Shown: positions 19,921-30,359, counted from the first letter of the stretch. The stretch: DNA of 53,374 nt from Polaribacter sp. (GCA_047615545.1 JBLHID010000003.1:1-53374); one strand, 5' to 3'. The notes: a model not told the origin generated them from the sequence alone. Translations and numbers: made by a program.

Positions 19921-20943
19921 TCAAATAACGACCGCACGTTGCTCGTTCATTCCCATCGACAGTAAAAATGGTTGTTCTGCTTGCCTGTTGATAAAACCCT
20001 GTTTACTGCGAATGCCCTGCCAGTTTTCTGCGATCAAACATTGTGCTATAGCGCCGCCTAGTGTTTGGCCTGGGCCGAGTAGGATAATGTTGTCGGGTGC
20101 AAGCTCACGCAGGCTTGATCTAACCGATGCCATAAAATCATAGGGTGCTACTACTTGATGTCCAAGGGTGTAATCCCACAAGTCTGTTTGATTAGATGCT
20201 TGTGGAAGCCAGACATGTCCGCGACCATCGATCAACGGTAACTCCGGCTGGCGAAATAAGTTGGGTGGCAATTGCTGTTTGGCGATGGCTGAAATAGGTT
20301 GCTGTAGTGGCGAGTGGAACGCGGCGTGATTATGCAGTCGCATTGGGAACCGATCTTGTATGGGTTCGAGCGCTTGCTCGCAAGTCTTGAGCGCTTCCTC
20401 AGTACCCGCAAACACAATCATGCCACCCAGATGTATCGATAAATACAAATCGGGTATGCAATGGGTTAATGCGATTAGCTCATCACGCTTGTGCGGTATC
20501 TCAACCCAGTTTTCATCGACATAGGGGTATAACAGTTGACCACCTATTAGTGCGTCCTGCATTAAAGTACCCATAGTATTCACCACATCAAAACCATGGT
20601 TAGTGTCGAGCACACCAGCGCAGGCGAGGGCGATATACCAGCCCATCGAATTGCCGGCCATGCCAACTATGTCAAATTTATCGCGATTGATTGCTTGGAA
20701 GTCTGCATAGGCACAGGCATAGATTAGCGAAGAGGCATTGTCGCCTCGGGTTAAACGGCTCGTCGAATAGGTTTCAGCGCTATCGAGCTCGGTTAGGGAT
20801 GGCTGACCTAGTGCCTCGCGACGGGCATCAAATTCGGACAGCATTGGCTGTTGGTTTTGATGGTGTTTTGCCAAATAGCCTAGCTCTTGACGGTTATAAG
20901 TGCCTCGTCCAGGACAGATAACCAGTGCTGTTTGTCGCGTCAT
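19921..20943 (-). CDS. FabD-like (SAT/malonyl-CoA:ACP transacylase fold) acyltransferase, atypical active site
   Basis: CPGRGTY (vs FPGQGSQ), GNSMGWY nucleophile elbow (vs GHSLGEY), AAFHS, and GPGQTL. NTMGTLMQ has no Arg where FabD has RGxxMQ. Confidence 0.8.
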   Translation of the reverse strand: MTRQTALVICPGRGTYNRQELGYLAKHHQNQQPMLSEFDARREALGQPSLTELDSAETYSTSRLTRGDNASSLIYACAYADFQAINRDKFDIVGMAGNSMGWYIALACAGVLDTNHGFDVVNTMGTLMQDALIGGQLLYPYVDENWVEIPHKRDELIALTHCIPDLYLSIHLGGMIVFAGTEEALKTCEQALEPIQDRFPMRLHNHAAFHSPLQQPISAIAKQQLPPNLFRQPELPLIDGRGHVWLPQASNQTDLWDYTLGHQVVAPYDFMASVRSSLRELAPDNIILLGPGQTLGGAIAQCLIAENWQGIRSKQGFINRQAEQPFLLSMGMNEQRAVVI

Positions 20944-20946
20944 CGG

Positions 20947-23178
20947 TTACGCCTCAGCCTGAGGTTTAACTAATGCAATAGCCGCATTAACAATACCATC
21001 CCGACTCGGCATGGTCGCACCATAAGCAGGGCCAGTTGCGATGAAGGAGTCTTTGGCGGCTAGGCGAGCAGGAGTGTGCTTCGTTTTTTCGGCAAATAAT
21101 GCCATGAGTGCTTCGCTTTGTGATCCGGTGCTACGGCATTCATCCACAATCAAAACCTGTTTGCAGTCTGCTGTGGCATTGATGATGGCGTTTTCTGGCA
21201 AGGGGGCGATCCAGCGAATATCGACTATTCGGCAAGCAATACCATGTGTTTCACGCAGTATTTTCGCAGCCTGAACTGACAGGTAAAAACCATTCGCATA
21301 ACTGACAATCGCTAATTCCGTATCATTACCCTTACTTTCGGTATAAACGCCGACTGTATCAAAAGTCATGTCTGGCTCACTGCCAACGGCAGGGTATTGG
21401 TAAGTCCACAAACCATCGTCGGGCTGATGCAGGTCACGTGTCATATACAAAGCAATCGGCTCTACAAAAACCACCACACGTTGTTCTTCGCGGGCGAGGC
21501 GTATGGATTCTCGTAGCATTAATACCGCGTCACGACCATTCGATGGGCAAGCAATGACTATGCCAGGGATGTCGCGCAATACAGCCAGAGAATTGTCATT
21601 GTGAAAATGACCACCAAAGCCCCGTTGATAGCCCAGTCCGGCGACGCGGATCACCATCGGATTGCTAAATTGGCCATTGGAAAAAAACGGCAGGGTCGCC
21701 GCCTCGCCACGTAACTGGTCTTCGGCATTGTGTAGATAAGCCAGAAACTGAATTTCTGCAATTGGTACAAATCCGTTATGCGCCATACCAATCGCTAATC
21801 CTAATATTGATTGCTCATCAAGCAATGTGTCGCTGACTCGGCTGACCCCAAAGCGTTTTTGTAAGTGCTGTGTAACTCCATAGACACCGCCTTTGCGGCC
21901 TACATCTTCACCGGCCAACACGACTTCTTTATGATCCATCATTAAGTCAGTCAACGCGAAGTTGATCATTTTTGCCATGTGTTGAGGTTTGTCGAGCGCC
22001 TGTGTGTCTGCTGACCCGAAAGTTAGATGACGTTGCGCTTTGGATGTGGGTTCGACTGGCTCGCAGGTTCGCTTAGGCGGCACAATACTTGCCATTACCT
22101 GTGCCGCCGTCTGCAGGCGAGGTAATTGGATGACCTGTTCGGCGGCCCGCTCAACGCGGTCACCGATGCTGTTATATATTGAGATAACTTCGATAGCGCT
22201 CAAACCGGCGGATTCGATTAAAGTCTTCGCGCTATAAAGTAAAGGGTCGTGTGCTTCGGTGTTTTCAATGTGTTCATTTGACAAATAACTGTTTTGCACG
22301 TCTGGCCCAGCGTGACCATATAGGCGCACGCAGGACATATGCAAAAAAGCAGGTTTACAAGTTCGCCTGACCCAATCGGCTACTTTTTTGGCGGTGGCGT
22401 AAGTGTCTACAATATCCAGCCCATTACATTTGAAATACTTAAGGCCGGGCCGATTTGACATAGTGGCCTCGACCCAACCGATGGGCGTTTTGACTGATAT
22501 GCCAATGCCATTGTCTTCACAGACGAAAACCAGTGGTAACGGGATACCCTGAAATGCATTCCAACAAGTGGTATTGAATGCTGCCTGTGACGAAGCATGA
22601 TTAAGCGAGGCATCACCAAAGCTGCAAAGCACGACTGCATCGTCAGGCAAAGCTTGATGTTCAGGTTTAAGCCGTTTAGCCATGCCTACCGAATAAGCGG
22701 TACCAACTGCCTTGGGTAAATGAGAGGCTATGGTGCTAGTTTGTGGTGGAATAGCGAGAGCCTTCGAACCGAGCACCTTGTGTCGCCCGCCAGAAATAGG
22801 GTCGGATACAGAAGTCGAAAAACTTAGCAGCATATCCCAAAGTGGGGTTTGTCCCGGCACTTGGGCTGCACGGGCAATCTGAAATGCCGCGTCGCGATAA
22901 TGCAGAAAAGCCATATCATCAGGCCGAAAGGCTGATGCAATTGCAGCATTGCCTTCATGACCAGAAGAGCCGATGGTATAGAACCCTTGGCCTTTTGCCT
23001 GCATTTTTCGCGACTTGCGATCAAGCTGACGACTCAATGCTTGCGAGTAAAAGATGCTAACCAAATGCTCTTTACTCAGCCCGGCTTCAGTCAGTGATAA
23101 ATCACTGGTTTTAAAGTCAAGATCCTGTTCGGCAACGCGGCGCAGGAAGTTGTCATGAACAATATCAGCTCTATCCAT
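20947..23178 (-). CDS. Fused alpha/beta ThDP-dependent 2-oxoacid dehydrogenase E1
   Basis: Alpha part: FYTIGSSGHE, GDAS...EDNGIGIS (ThDP motif), RLYGHAG. Beta part: GEDVGRKGGVYGVT, DTLLDEQSILG, EIQFLAY, GGHFHND. Confidence 0.92.
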   Translation of the reverse strand: MDRADIVHDNFLRRVAEQDLDFKTSDLSLTEAGLSKEHLVSIFYSQALSRQLDRKSRKMQAKGQGFYTIGSSGHEGNAAIASAFRPDDMAFLHYRDAAFQIARAAQVPGQTPLWDMLLSFSTSVSDPISGGRHKVLGSKALAIPPQTSTIASHLPKAVGTAYSVGMAKRLKPEHQALPDDAVVLCSFGDASLNHASSQAAFNTTCWNAFQGIPLPLVFVCEDNGIGISVKTPIGWVEATMSNRPGLKYFKCNGLDIVDTYATAKKVADWVRRTCKPAFLHMSCVRLYGHAGPDVQNSYLSNEHIENTEAHDPLLYSAKTLIESAGLSAIEVISIYNSIGDRVERAAEQVIQLPRLQTAAQVMASIVPPKRTCEPVEPTSKAQRHLTFGSADTQALDKPQHMAKMINFALTDLMMDHKEVVLAGEDVGRKGGVYGVTQHLQKRFGVSRVSDTLLDEQSILGLAIGMAHNGFVPIAEIQFLAYLHNAEDQLRGEAATLPFFSNGQFSNPMVIRVAGLGYQRGFGGHFHNDNSLAVLRDIPGIVIACPSNGRDAVLMLRESIRLAREEQRVVVFVEPIALYMTRDLHQPDDGLWTYQYPAVGSEPDMTFDTVGVYTESKGNDTELAIVSYANGFYLSVQAAKILRETHGIACRIVDIRWIAPLPENAIINATADCKQVLIVDECRSTGSQSEALMALFAEKTKHTPARLAAKDSFIATGPAYGATMPSRDGIVNAAIALVKPQAEA

Positions 23179-23229
23179 ATTTTAAATATCAGCGCTTAAA
23201 AATGGGCTCTTCAATATCAGCCCGTAAAA

Positions 23230-24444
23230 TCAGAAAAATGCCTGCAAGCCAGTTTGTGCTCGCCCAAGAATCAAGGCATGCACGTCGTGCGTTCCTTCGT
23301 AGGTATTGACTGTTTCTAGGTTTAGCATGTGGCGCATGACATGAAAGTCTTCATGGATACCGTTACCACCATGCATATCGCGTGCGATGCGGGCAATTTC
23401 CAACGCTTTTCCACAATTATTACGTTTCATCATCGATATCATCTCAGGTGCCATCTGGCCATCATCGAACAGCCGACCTAACCGGAGTGAACCCTGCATA
23501 CCCAACGTAATGTCGGTTTGCATATCAGCTAGTTTTTTCTGGAAAAGCTGCGTTTGTGCCAACGGTCGGCCGAATTGCTTGCGGTCGAGACCATACTGTC
23601 TAGCAGCGAACCAGCAACTTTCAGCCGCGCCCAGCACGCCCCACGAAATACCATAGCGCGCCCGATTAAGACAACTAAATGGCCCCTTAAGACCTTCGGC
23701 ATCAGGTAGCAAAGCGTCTTCACCAACTTCAACATTACTCATCACTATCTCGCCAGTGATGGATGCGCGCAAGCTCAGCTTGCCCTCGATCTTCGGTGTC
23801 GATAACCCTGTCATGCCTCTGTCGAGAATAAACCCGCGAATCTTATTGTCGTGTGCCTTGGACTTTGCCCAGACCACAAATACGTCGGCAATAGGGCTAT
23901 TCGAAATCCACATCTTAGAGCCATTCAAACGATAGCCATTGCTGGTTTTTTCCGCTCTGGTGCTCATGCTGGCCGGGTCTGAACCAGAGTCGGGTTCAGT
24001 TAAACCAAAGCAACCAATGAATTCACCACTGGCGAGTCTTGGTAGATACTTTTGTTTTTGCTGTTCCGAGCCAAACGCGTGGATGGGGTACATTACCAGG
24101 GACGATTGCACCGACATCATCGAGCGATACCCCGAATCTACGCGTTCAATTTCACGGGCAATCAAGCCGTAAGAAACATAATTGGCACCAATGCCGCCAT
24201 ACTCTTCTGGCACAGTGGCACCAAGCAAGCCCATGTCGCCCATTTCTTTGAAAATTCCAACATCGGTGGTTTCGTTTCGATAGGCTTCGACCACGCGCGG
24301 TAGTAATTTTTCCTGCGCGAATTCGCGAGTGGCGTCTCGCAGCATGCGTTCATCATCGCTAAGCTGCTGGTCAATCAGAAAAGGGTCATCCCAGACGAAG
24401 TTTGCCGTGTGCTTGTTTGATTTTTGATTCATGTCTTGACTCAT
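23230..24444 (-). CDS. gcdH: Glutaryl-CoA dehydrogenase
   Basis: [38 protein letters not shown] and [25 protein letters not shown] are GCDH-specific. Confidence 0.95.
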   Translation of the reverse strand: MSQDMNQKSNKHTANFVWDDPFLIDQQLSDDERMLRDATREFAQEKLLPRVVEAYRNETTDVGIFKEMGDMGLLGATVPEEYGGIGANYVSYGLIAREIERVDSGYRSMMSVQSSLVMYPIHAFGSEQQKQKYLPRLASGEFIGCFGLTEPDSGSDPASMSTRAEKTSNGYRLNGSKMWISNSPIADVFVVWAKSKAHDNKIRGFILDRGMTGLSTPKIEGKLSLRASITGEIVMSNVEVGEDALLPDAEGLKGPFSCLNRARYGISWGVLGAAESCWFAARQYGLDRKQFGRPLAQTQLFQKKLADMQTDITLGMQGSLRLGRLFDDGQMAPEMISMMKRNNCGKALEIARIARDMHGGNGIHEDFHVMRHMLNLETVNTYEGTHDVHALILGRAQTGLQAFF

Positions 24445-24481
24445 TTTGTGATTGCAGGCCTGATCATCATGCCGATAATCT

Positions 24482-24601
24482 ATTCCGAAACTTCATGTTA
24501 TGCGTAGCCATTATTCAGTATATAGCCATAACTCGCTAGTATATTGAGTCGAAAGTGGATTAATATTGACATTCTCACATATTAATATGCATAAACGGAA
24601 T
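24482..24601. promoter_or_regulatory. Divergent gcdH/gcdR promoter region with LysR T-N11-A boxes
   Basis: ATTCCGAAACTTCAT (24482-24496) and ATGCATAAACGGAAT (24587-24601) are related, oppositely oriented T-N11-A elements. Confidence 0.4.
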
Positions 24602-25499
24602 GATAGCTTCTAGAAGGTTTTTACCGTCGACCAGTCAACTGCTCGCTTTTGAGGCGGTAGCACGACATCAAAGTGTTACGGTGGCAGCGCAGGAACTCTC
24701 ATTAACGCAGAGTGCTGTCAGTCGGCAATTGCAAAAACTAGAAGCGCAGATCGATATAACGTTGTTTAATCGTAAAAGAAAGCGTGTGAAACTAACCGCC
24801 GCAGGCGAAATCTACTTCGAAGAAATTCAGGCCGCGTTAAAGCAAATTGCCAATGTCACCCTCCGGCTTAAGTCTAATCCGGAAGGTGGAAGTCTCAATC
24901 TCGCTATCTTACCAACCTTCGGCACACGTTGGCTTGCCCCTCGATTGAATGATTTTCTGACGAAAAATGCTGGAGTGACCATTAATCTCAGCACTCGACT
25001 GGTCCCTTTCAATTTTGATAGTGAGGCGATGGATGCCGCAATATATTTTGGCTCGCCCTCGTTATGGCCAGAGTGTGAATATCAAAAGATTATGGATGAA
25101 GCGATATTGCCAGCTTGTGCCCCTGCTTTATTGGCATCAGTGAAAGTGACAACCCCTGCTGATTTGCTCAAATTGCCGCTGTTGCATCTGCAGACACGGC
25201 CAGACGCCTGGCAACAATGGATGAGGGGTCATGAGGTAGATTCATCCAATCTGACAGGTATGTCATTTGATCAATTTGCGATGATGAGCAATGCCGCTAC
25301 GCAAGGTGTGGGTGTCGCACTTTTGCCTCAGTTTTTAATTGAATCAGAACTACTTGATGGCCAGTTAGTATCTGCCTATGGAAATGCAGCAAGTAGTCAG
25401 GGAAGTTACTATTTGGTATGGCCAAAACAAAAAAAACATTATAAGCCTTTGTTGCGGTTCAGAACTTGGTTGAGGAATCAGACTGATAATCTGGTTTGA
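24600..25499 (+). CDS. gcdR: LysR family regulator (GcvA-like), divergent from gcdH
   Basis: LPSTSQLLAFEAVARH...LTQSAVSRQ HTH and LAILPTFGTRWLAPRL. Position matches GcdR. Confidence 0.85.
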   Translation: MIASRRFLPSTSQLLAFEAVARHQSVTVAAQELSLTQSAVSRQLQKLEAQIDITLFNRKRKRVKLTAAGEIYFEEIQAALKQIANVTLRLKSNPEGGSLNLAILPTFGTRWLAPRLNDFLTKNAGVTINLSTRLVPFNFDSEAMDAAIYFGSPSLWPECEYQKIMDEAILPACAPALLASVKVTTPADLLKLPLLHLQTRPDAWQQWMRGHEVDSSNLTGMSFDQFAMMSNAATQGVGVALLPQFLIESELLDGQLVSAYGNAASSQGSYYLVWPKQKKHYKPLLRFRTWLRNQTDNLV

Positions 25500-26132
25500 A
25501 AAGATGGTTCGGCTTACCTGATTACGGGTCAATAATTTAATGGATCAGACATTGGGTAAGCTTTCTTCCACAAACGACATCGGATTCATGAGTATGAACT
25601 ACTCCGATGCACCGCCGTTTCATGCTTTGAGGAATAAAGTGCAATGGGTGTTTTGATTCCCTTCGTTTTAAACGTTACTTTTGTGCCAACGATCATGATG
25701 ATCTAGCCTGAGGTCCATAAAGTAGAGGAAACGACGTCCAGCAAAATAATGAGGCAGTTTGCCCATCGAGCCTCGCAAAGCTTGAGTGCTCTGTACCCCC
25801 AGACTATTCACTTGATTCAGTAGAATAACGCATAAATAGCTGCCGAGGATGCTAAAGCAGAGGTAGGAATCCCGTGATTTCAACGATGGACTAAAGTTAA
25901 AATCAGGCTTTTATAGTAATAGTGGAGTACAAGTCAGGCTAATGGGAATCTATCTTTTTAAACATCTATCACCGCCAAACTCCCTACCAATTATTGATAG
26001 CTTTTTCTCACTCAAAGAAGGAGGTTGACGGCTTATATATCAAGCTGTACGATTAACCCACTTAATCTGGATGGATACAAACTATTGTGCCCTGTTCAGA
26101 CCCTGTTAACGGACTAATTCATAGAGGAATCC

Positions 26133-26717
26133 ATGAAAAATTTTCTCAAAGTAGTGTCAATAATTGGATTGACGTCAATCACTCAACTCGCTTATTCGAC
26201 CGAAAACAACGGGGGCCACAACATTGGCGATACCGGACCCGCGGGCGGCATCGTTTTTTATGTTACCGATGATGGTTTACACGGCCTTGAAGCCGCACCG
26301 AATGACTCCGAAGCTTTGGCCTGGGGATGTGGTGGTGAACGAATAAATGGTGCATTCGGTGCAGCTATCGGAACGGGAGGACAGAATACTTTTGACATCG
26401 CATCTAAATGTGGCGAATCTTCTGCAGCAGCAGCGGTGGTAGCTAACACCAAGATTAATGGGCTTCTCGGGTGGTACCTACCGTCAAAAGAAGAACTTCA
26501 TGAAATGTGGGACAAACTCGCTGACTCAGACGGTGATGGTACTAATTCAGGCCCAACTGACCCCAATAATTTGGGTGGGTTTGCTGCAGGCTACTATTGG
26601 AGTTCCTCTCAGTCCTCGAGCAAATACGCGTGGTACCGACACTTCTTGAATGGCCGTCAAGCTGGCTGGGGCAATAAGAGCTTAACCCGTAAAGTGCGTG
26701 CTGTTCGGGCGTTTTGA
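26133..26717 (+). CDS. Secreted DUF1566 (Lcl C-terminal) domain protein
   Basis: Signal peptide, IGDTGPAGGIVFYV, WYLPSKEEL, YYWSSSQ...AW and the terminal VRAVRAF. Confidence 0.8.
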   Translation: MKNFLKVVSIIGLTSITQLAYSTENNGGHNIGDTGPAGGIVFYVTDDGLHGLEAAPNDSEALAWGCGGERINGAFGAAIGTGGQNTFDIASKCGESSAAAAVVANTKINGLLGWYLPSKEELHEMWDKLADSDGDGTNSGPTDPNNLGGFAAGYYWSSSQSSSKYAWYRHFLNGRQAGWGNKSLTRKVRAVRAF

Positions 26718-26775
26718 CCCTTTAACACTGCTTGAATTTGATTCAGAAGTACATAACTTGAATTGGTAGGAAAGG

Positions 26776-26804
26776 CAGGGTGAGCTGGTTGTAAGCTCAC
26801 CCTG
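26776..26804 (+). terminator. Hairpin downstream of the DUF1566 gene
   Basis: 11-bp stem CAGGGTGAGCT/AGCTCACCCTG with only a weak U-tract. Confidence 0.45.
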
Positions 26805-27138
26805 GTATCTCTTGCAAGATGGAGTCCTACACTCACTCACAGGTGACCAAGGCTTTCTTGACGTAACACAAGTTTACCCTAGGGCAGGACATCGAGTGCG
26901 ATGCAATGCAACTAGAACTAGTTAGAATTACCTACCTGACCAACAAGTCGGCGCAAAGTGAAGGCGCATCGGGAAAGCGAAAAGAGCGGGGTCATCGTAG
27001 TTTTACTGATACGATTTTGGAAAACTCGCTCCCAATCTATTGATTAAAGAATAAGACGTCATTGAACGTACCCCCACCTAGCAGTTGATAAAAGTATTTG
27101 TTCTGTATTCTCGTTCTTGAGGCTGGTACATTTAGCGA

Positions 27139-28422
27139 ATGACTACTTCAAACCTTAAGGACCACCCGCAACGATTTAGCCTCAATAACGAGGTGCACGC
27201 TCGACCTTATCAAATTATGAATGCCCCACTGAGGGTGACACATGTGGCATTGCTGTCGAGTGATCGTAGCAAAGACCTTGACGCTATCAGAGCGCTTTGT
27301 GAACGCTACGGGGTCGATACACCCAATCAGGACGCAAGCTTTTATATTGGTGATTTTCCCGTGTTTCAGTTGCGCTGGGAGCGCCACACCGAGTTCTCTA
27401 CCTATACTATTAGCCAACCGTGCTCAGATTTGACGCCATTCAAAGAAACCGTATTATCGAAGTTACCAGCTGATTGGATCGCCTCCTTGCCAGGTGAAGT
27501 GATTACGATGCTGAATCTTGAGCTACTTAGCGCCAATTCAGCACATCGAGATTTCGAGGCGCTATCAGAATTGTTCTCGTCGAATACAGTGGCTGGTAGC
27601 GAGGTGTCTGACGGTGCGGCTCGCGTGTGGTCGGACTTTCATATTCATGCTGATGGTTTCAATCGAATTTTGATCGAGAACTATCATTTGCGGCAACGAC
27701 AGGCGGGCCGTTTGGTGCAACGTATTCTCGAAATCGAAACCTATCGAATGTTTGCGCTATTAGGTCTGCCGCTCGCCAGACAATATTCGCTGGACTTAAC
27801 CGACTGTGATTCAAGGTTGGAAACTGTGACTCAAAAGTTGGCTTTGCGCAGTGAACCAGAGAAGGAACAACAGTTACTCAATGAGTTAAGTCAGATTGCG
27901 GCCAATGTAGAGCATATAGCCGCAACGGGCGGTTATCGGTTTTCGGCCACTAAAGCCTATTATGGTCTGGTTAAGCGCCGTATTAGTGAATTACGGGAGA
28001 AAAGAATCGATGGCGCACAGTCATTTAACGAGTTTATGGAGCGCCGCCTAGCGCCAGCAGTGCGGACCTGTGAATCAGTGTCGGATCGAGTGCAGGCATT
28101 GTCGAATCGTATCGCCAGAGTCAGCGCCTTATTGCGAACTCGCATTAACATCAATTTGGAGGCTCAAAATCGAGATTTGTTAGCCTCGATGGATCGACGT
28201 GCCGCGATGCAGCTTCGCCTGCAAGAGATGGTAGAAGGGCTGTCAGTTGTCGTATTAACTTACTACAGCGTAGGTTTGCTCAGTTATGCATTAAAGGGCT
28301 TGAAGCAATTCAGCGTCAACCTGAACATTGACTTAGTGGTTGGTATTTCGGTGCCAGTTATCGCCATTACAGTATTTGTAGGTTTGCGAATGACGCGGCG
28401 CAGATTGGATAAGAAACAATGA
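27139..28422 (+). CDS. DUF3422 family membrane-anchored protein
   Basis: HPQRFSLNNEVHARP, LRWERHTEFSTY, GRLVQRILEIETYR and QLRLQEMVEGLSV, with two C-terminal TM helices. Confidence 0.88.
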   Translation: MTTSNLKDHPQRFSLNNEVHARPYQIMNAPLRVTHVALLSSDRSKDLDAIRALCERYGVDTPNQDASFYIGDFPVFQLRWERHTEFSTYTISQPCSDLTPFKETVLSKLPADWIASLPGEVITMLNLELLSANSAHRDFEALSELFSSNTVAGSEVSDGAARVWSDFHIHADGFNRILIENYHLRQRQAGRLVQRILEIETYRMFALLGLPLARQYSLDLTDCDSRLETVTQKLALRSEPEKEQQLLNELSQIAANVEHIAATGGYRFSATKAYYGLVKRRISELREKRIDGAQSFNEFMERRLAPAVRTCESVSDRVQALSNRIARVSALLRTRININLEAQNRDLLASMDRRAAMQLRLQEMVEGLSVVVLTYYSVGLLSYALKGLKQFSVNLNIDLVVGISVPVIAITVFVGLRMTRRRLDKKQ

Positions 28423-28537
28423 ATGGGCAACTAGCGGAATATTGCAATGCTGTATCTTCTGACAGGCCATTTCATTAATATAATAAAATGCCTGCTCTCA
28501 TCCATTAAAATAACTAATTGAAAAAGTTGCAATCGCC

Positions 28538-29011
28538 ATGAGTTTGATCAAGTTAGATGCTACCGACCTTCGTATTCTGGCTGCTGTTCAGGCTTATGGG
28601 CGTTTGAGCAAAACGGCCTTGGCCGAGAAGGTTAATCTATCAGCAACGCCATGTTGGACTCGCCTAACACGACTCGAGAAAGCGGGCGTTATCAGCGGTT
28701 ATCATGCTGAGATAGCGTTTGGGAAAATTGCCAATGTGGCAACGGTCATGTTGGAGATTTCGCTTAAACAACATCGTTATCAGGACTTCGAACGATTTGA
28801 GAAAAGGATTTGTGAAATTGATGAAATTGTCGAGTGCATTGCTACTGGTGGCGGCATCGATTACATCATGAAACTCATTGTACCGAGTATTGCGGCATAT
28901 CAGACACTGATCGATAGTTTGCTAATCGAAGATATTGGTATAGATCGCTTTTTCACCTACATCGTGACACGTGAAATCAAGTCGATCAAACCCAGGTTAA
29001 TCGACTTATAA
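28538..29011 (+). CDS. Lrp/AsnC family transcriptional regulator
   Basis: LDATDLRIL, LAEKVNLSATPCWTRLTRLEKAGVI, GGGIDY and FTYIVT motifs. Confidence 0.93.
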   Translation: MSLIKLDATDLRILAAVQAYGRLSKTALAEKVNLSATPCWTRLTRLEKAGVISGYHAEIAFGKIANVATVMLEISLKQHRYQDFERFEKRICEIDEIVECIATGGGIDYIMKLIVPSIAAYQTLIDSLLIEDIGIDRFFTYIVTREIKSIKPRLIDL

Positions 29012-29177
29012 CCATCGTTTTTGTCTGTCTTTTCGCTAACAGTCTAAACAGACTGTATATCATTAAAGATCAACCCGATCATGCCGCACTGGCCCGCTAA
29101 TAGAGTCCAAACGAGTGACTCAATCCGAGTATGCTCACCACTTCGAATTCTACTTAACTAAAGGCTAGAGTATTCAT

Positions 29178-30332
29178 ATGAGCAATTCTATGGTCGGCGA
29201 TGTCGGTTTCGGCACACAAATTCGCAAGTCACCCTATTTTGATGCGACGGTACGATGGGGCGCGCAGGGGTTCTCTGTCTACAATCATATGTACATACCT
29301 CGTGATTTCGGTGATCCAGAGCAAAACTTCTGGAATTTGGTAAATGAAGCCATTTTGTGTGATGTTGCTGTCGAGCGACAGGTCGAAATCACAGGGCCCG
29401 ACGCTGCTCAATTTGTTCAGCTGCTAACGCCTCGTAATCTCTCCGAGTGTGCGGTTGGACAGTGCAAATATATTTTGATCACCAATGCTGAAGGCGGCAT
29501 TTTAAATGACCCAGTTCTATTACGTCTGGCAGACAATCACTTTTGGATATCACTTGCTGATAGTGATATTTTATTGTGGGCACAGGGTGTTGCGATCAAT
29601 TCAGGTTTAGATGTCACCATCGGCGAACCAGATGTATCGCCGCTGCAGTTACAAGGTCCTAAATCGGGTGAAGTGATGAAAGCAGTGTTTGGTGACGAGA
29701 TCGAAGACTTGCCATATTTCTGGCTCAGAGAGTTTGACTTGAATGGCATACCTTTGATTATTTCTCGAACAGGTTGGTCGAGCGAACTTGGATATGAAAT
29801 CTACTTACGTGATGGCCGCTATGGCGAAGAACTCTGGGAGCATTTGATGTCAGTGGGTGGGCCACTCGGGCTGAAGCCGGGGCATACCTCAACAATACGG
29901 CGTATTGAGGGCGGCATGTTGTCCTACCATGCTGATATGGATTGTCATACCAATCCCTACGAGCTAGGCCTAGGTCGGCTGGTTGATTTAAATATGGAAG
30001 CAGACTTCATTGGTAAAGTAGCGTTGAGCAAAATTGAACAGGAAGGTGTTACGCGTCAACAGGTGGGTATCGAAATTGATTGTCCAGCCCTGCAAAGCCC
30101 GAATACGCGTCATTGGCCAATTTCTATTGGTTCGAAAAAGGTGGGTTACGTCACCTCTGCAATATATTCTCCTCGCCTTAAACGAAATATTGCGCTGGCT
30201 ATGATCGATAGCGAATACAGCTCTGAAGGTACAACTGCGGTTGTTGATATGGCTTCTGGTCAGTCGCCAATCATCGTTGTACCGAAACCATTTTACGACC
30301 CCAAGAAAATCATAGCAGGAGTGGTACTTTGA
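29178..30332 (+). CDS. GcvT-family THF-dependent demethylase/aminomethyltransferase, DmdA-like paralogue
   Basis: YNHMYIP, DVAVERQVEITGPDA, NDPVLL, WISLADSD and QGPKS resemble DmdA. GWSSELGYE and PGHTSTIRRIEGGMLSYHAD differ from canonical DmdA (GWSKQGGxE, PGCPNLIERIE..LLSYGND). Confidence 0.8.
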   Translation: MSNSMVGDVGFGTQIRKSPYFDATVRWGAQGFSVYNHMYIPRDFGDPEQNFWNLVNEAILCDVAVERQVEITGPDAAQFVQLLTPRNLSECAVGQCKYILITNAEGGILNDPVLLRLADNHFWISLADSDILLWAQGVAINSGLDVTIGEPDVSPLQLQGPKSGEVMKAVFGDEIEDLPYFWLREFDLNGIPLIISRTGWSSELGYEIYLRDGRYGEELWEHLMSVGGPLGLKPGHTSTIRRIEGGMLSYHADMDCHTNPYELGLGRLVDLNMEADFIGKVALSKIEQEGVTRQQVGIEIDCPALQSPNTRHWPISIGSKKVGYVTSAIYSPRLKRNIALAMIDSEYSSEGTTAVVDMASGQSPIIVVPKPFYDPKKIIAGVVL

Positions 30333-30359
30333 TGACTATAGTAATTTTTGGAGATCGTG

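Noticed and set aside
19921-20943. Calling this gene fabD or part of a PKS cluster
   Set aside because: The malonyl-binding Arg is missing and there are no ACP or ketosynthase genes nearby.
25668-25883. 71-aa minus-strand ORF
   Set aside because: Non-ATG start, no RBS and no recognisable motif.
29178-30332. Calling this gene dmdA or gcvT
   Set aside because: It lacks motifs recalled for canonical DmdA, and there is no gcvH/gcvP context. Left as a paralogue.
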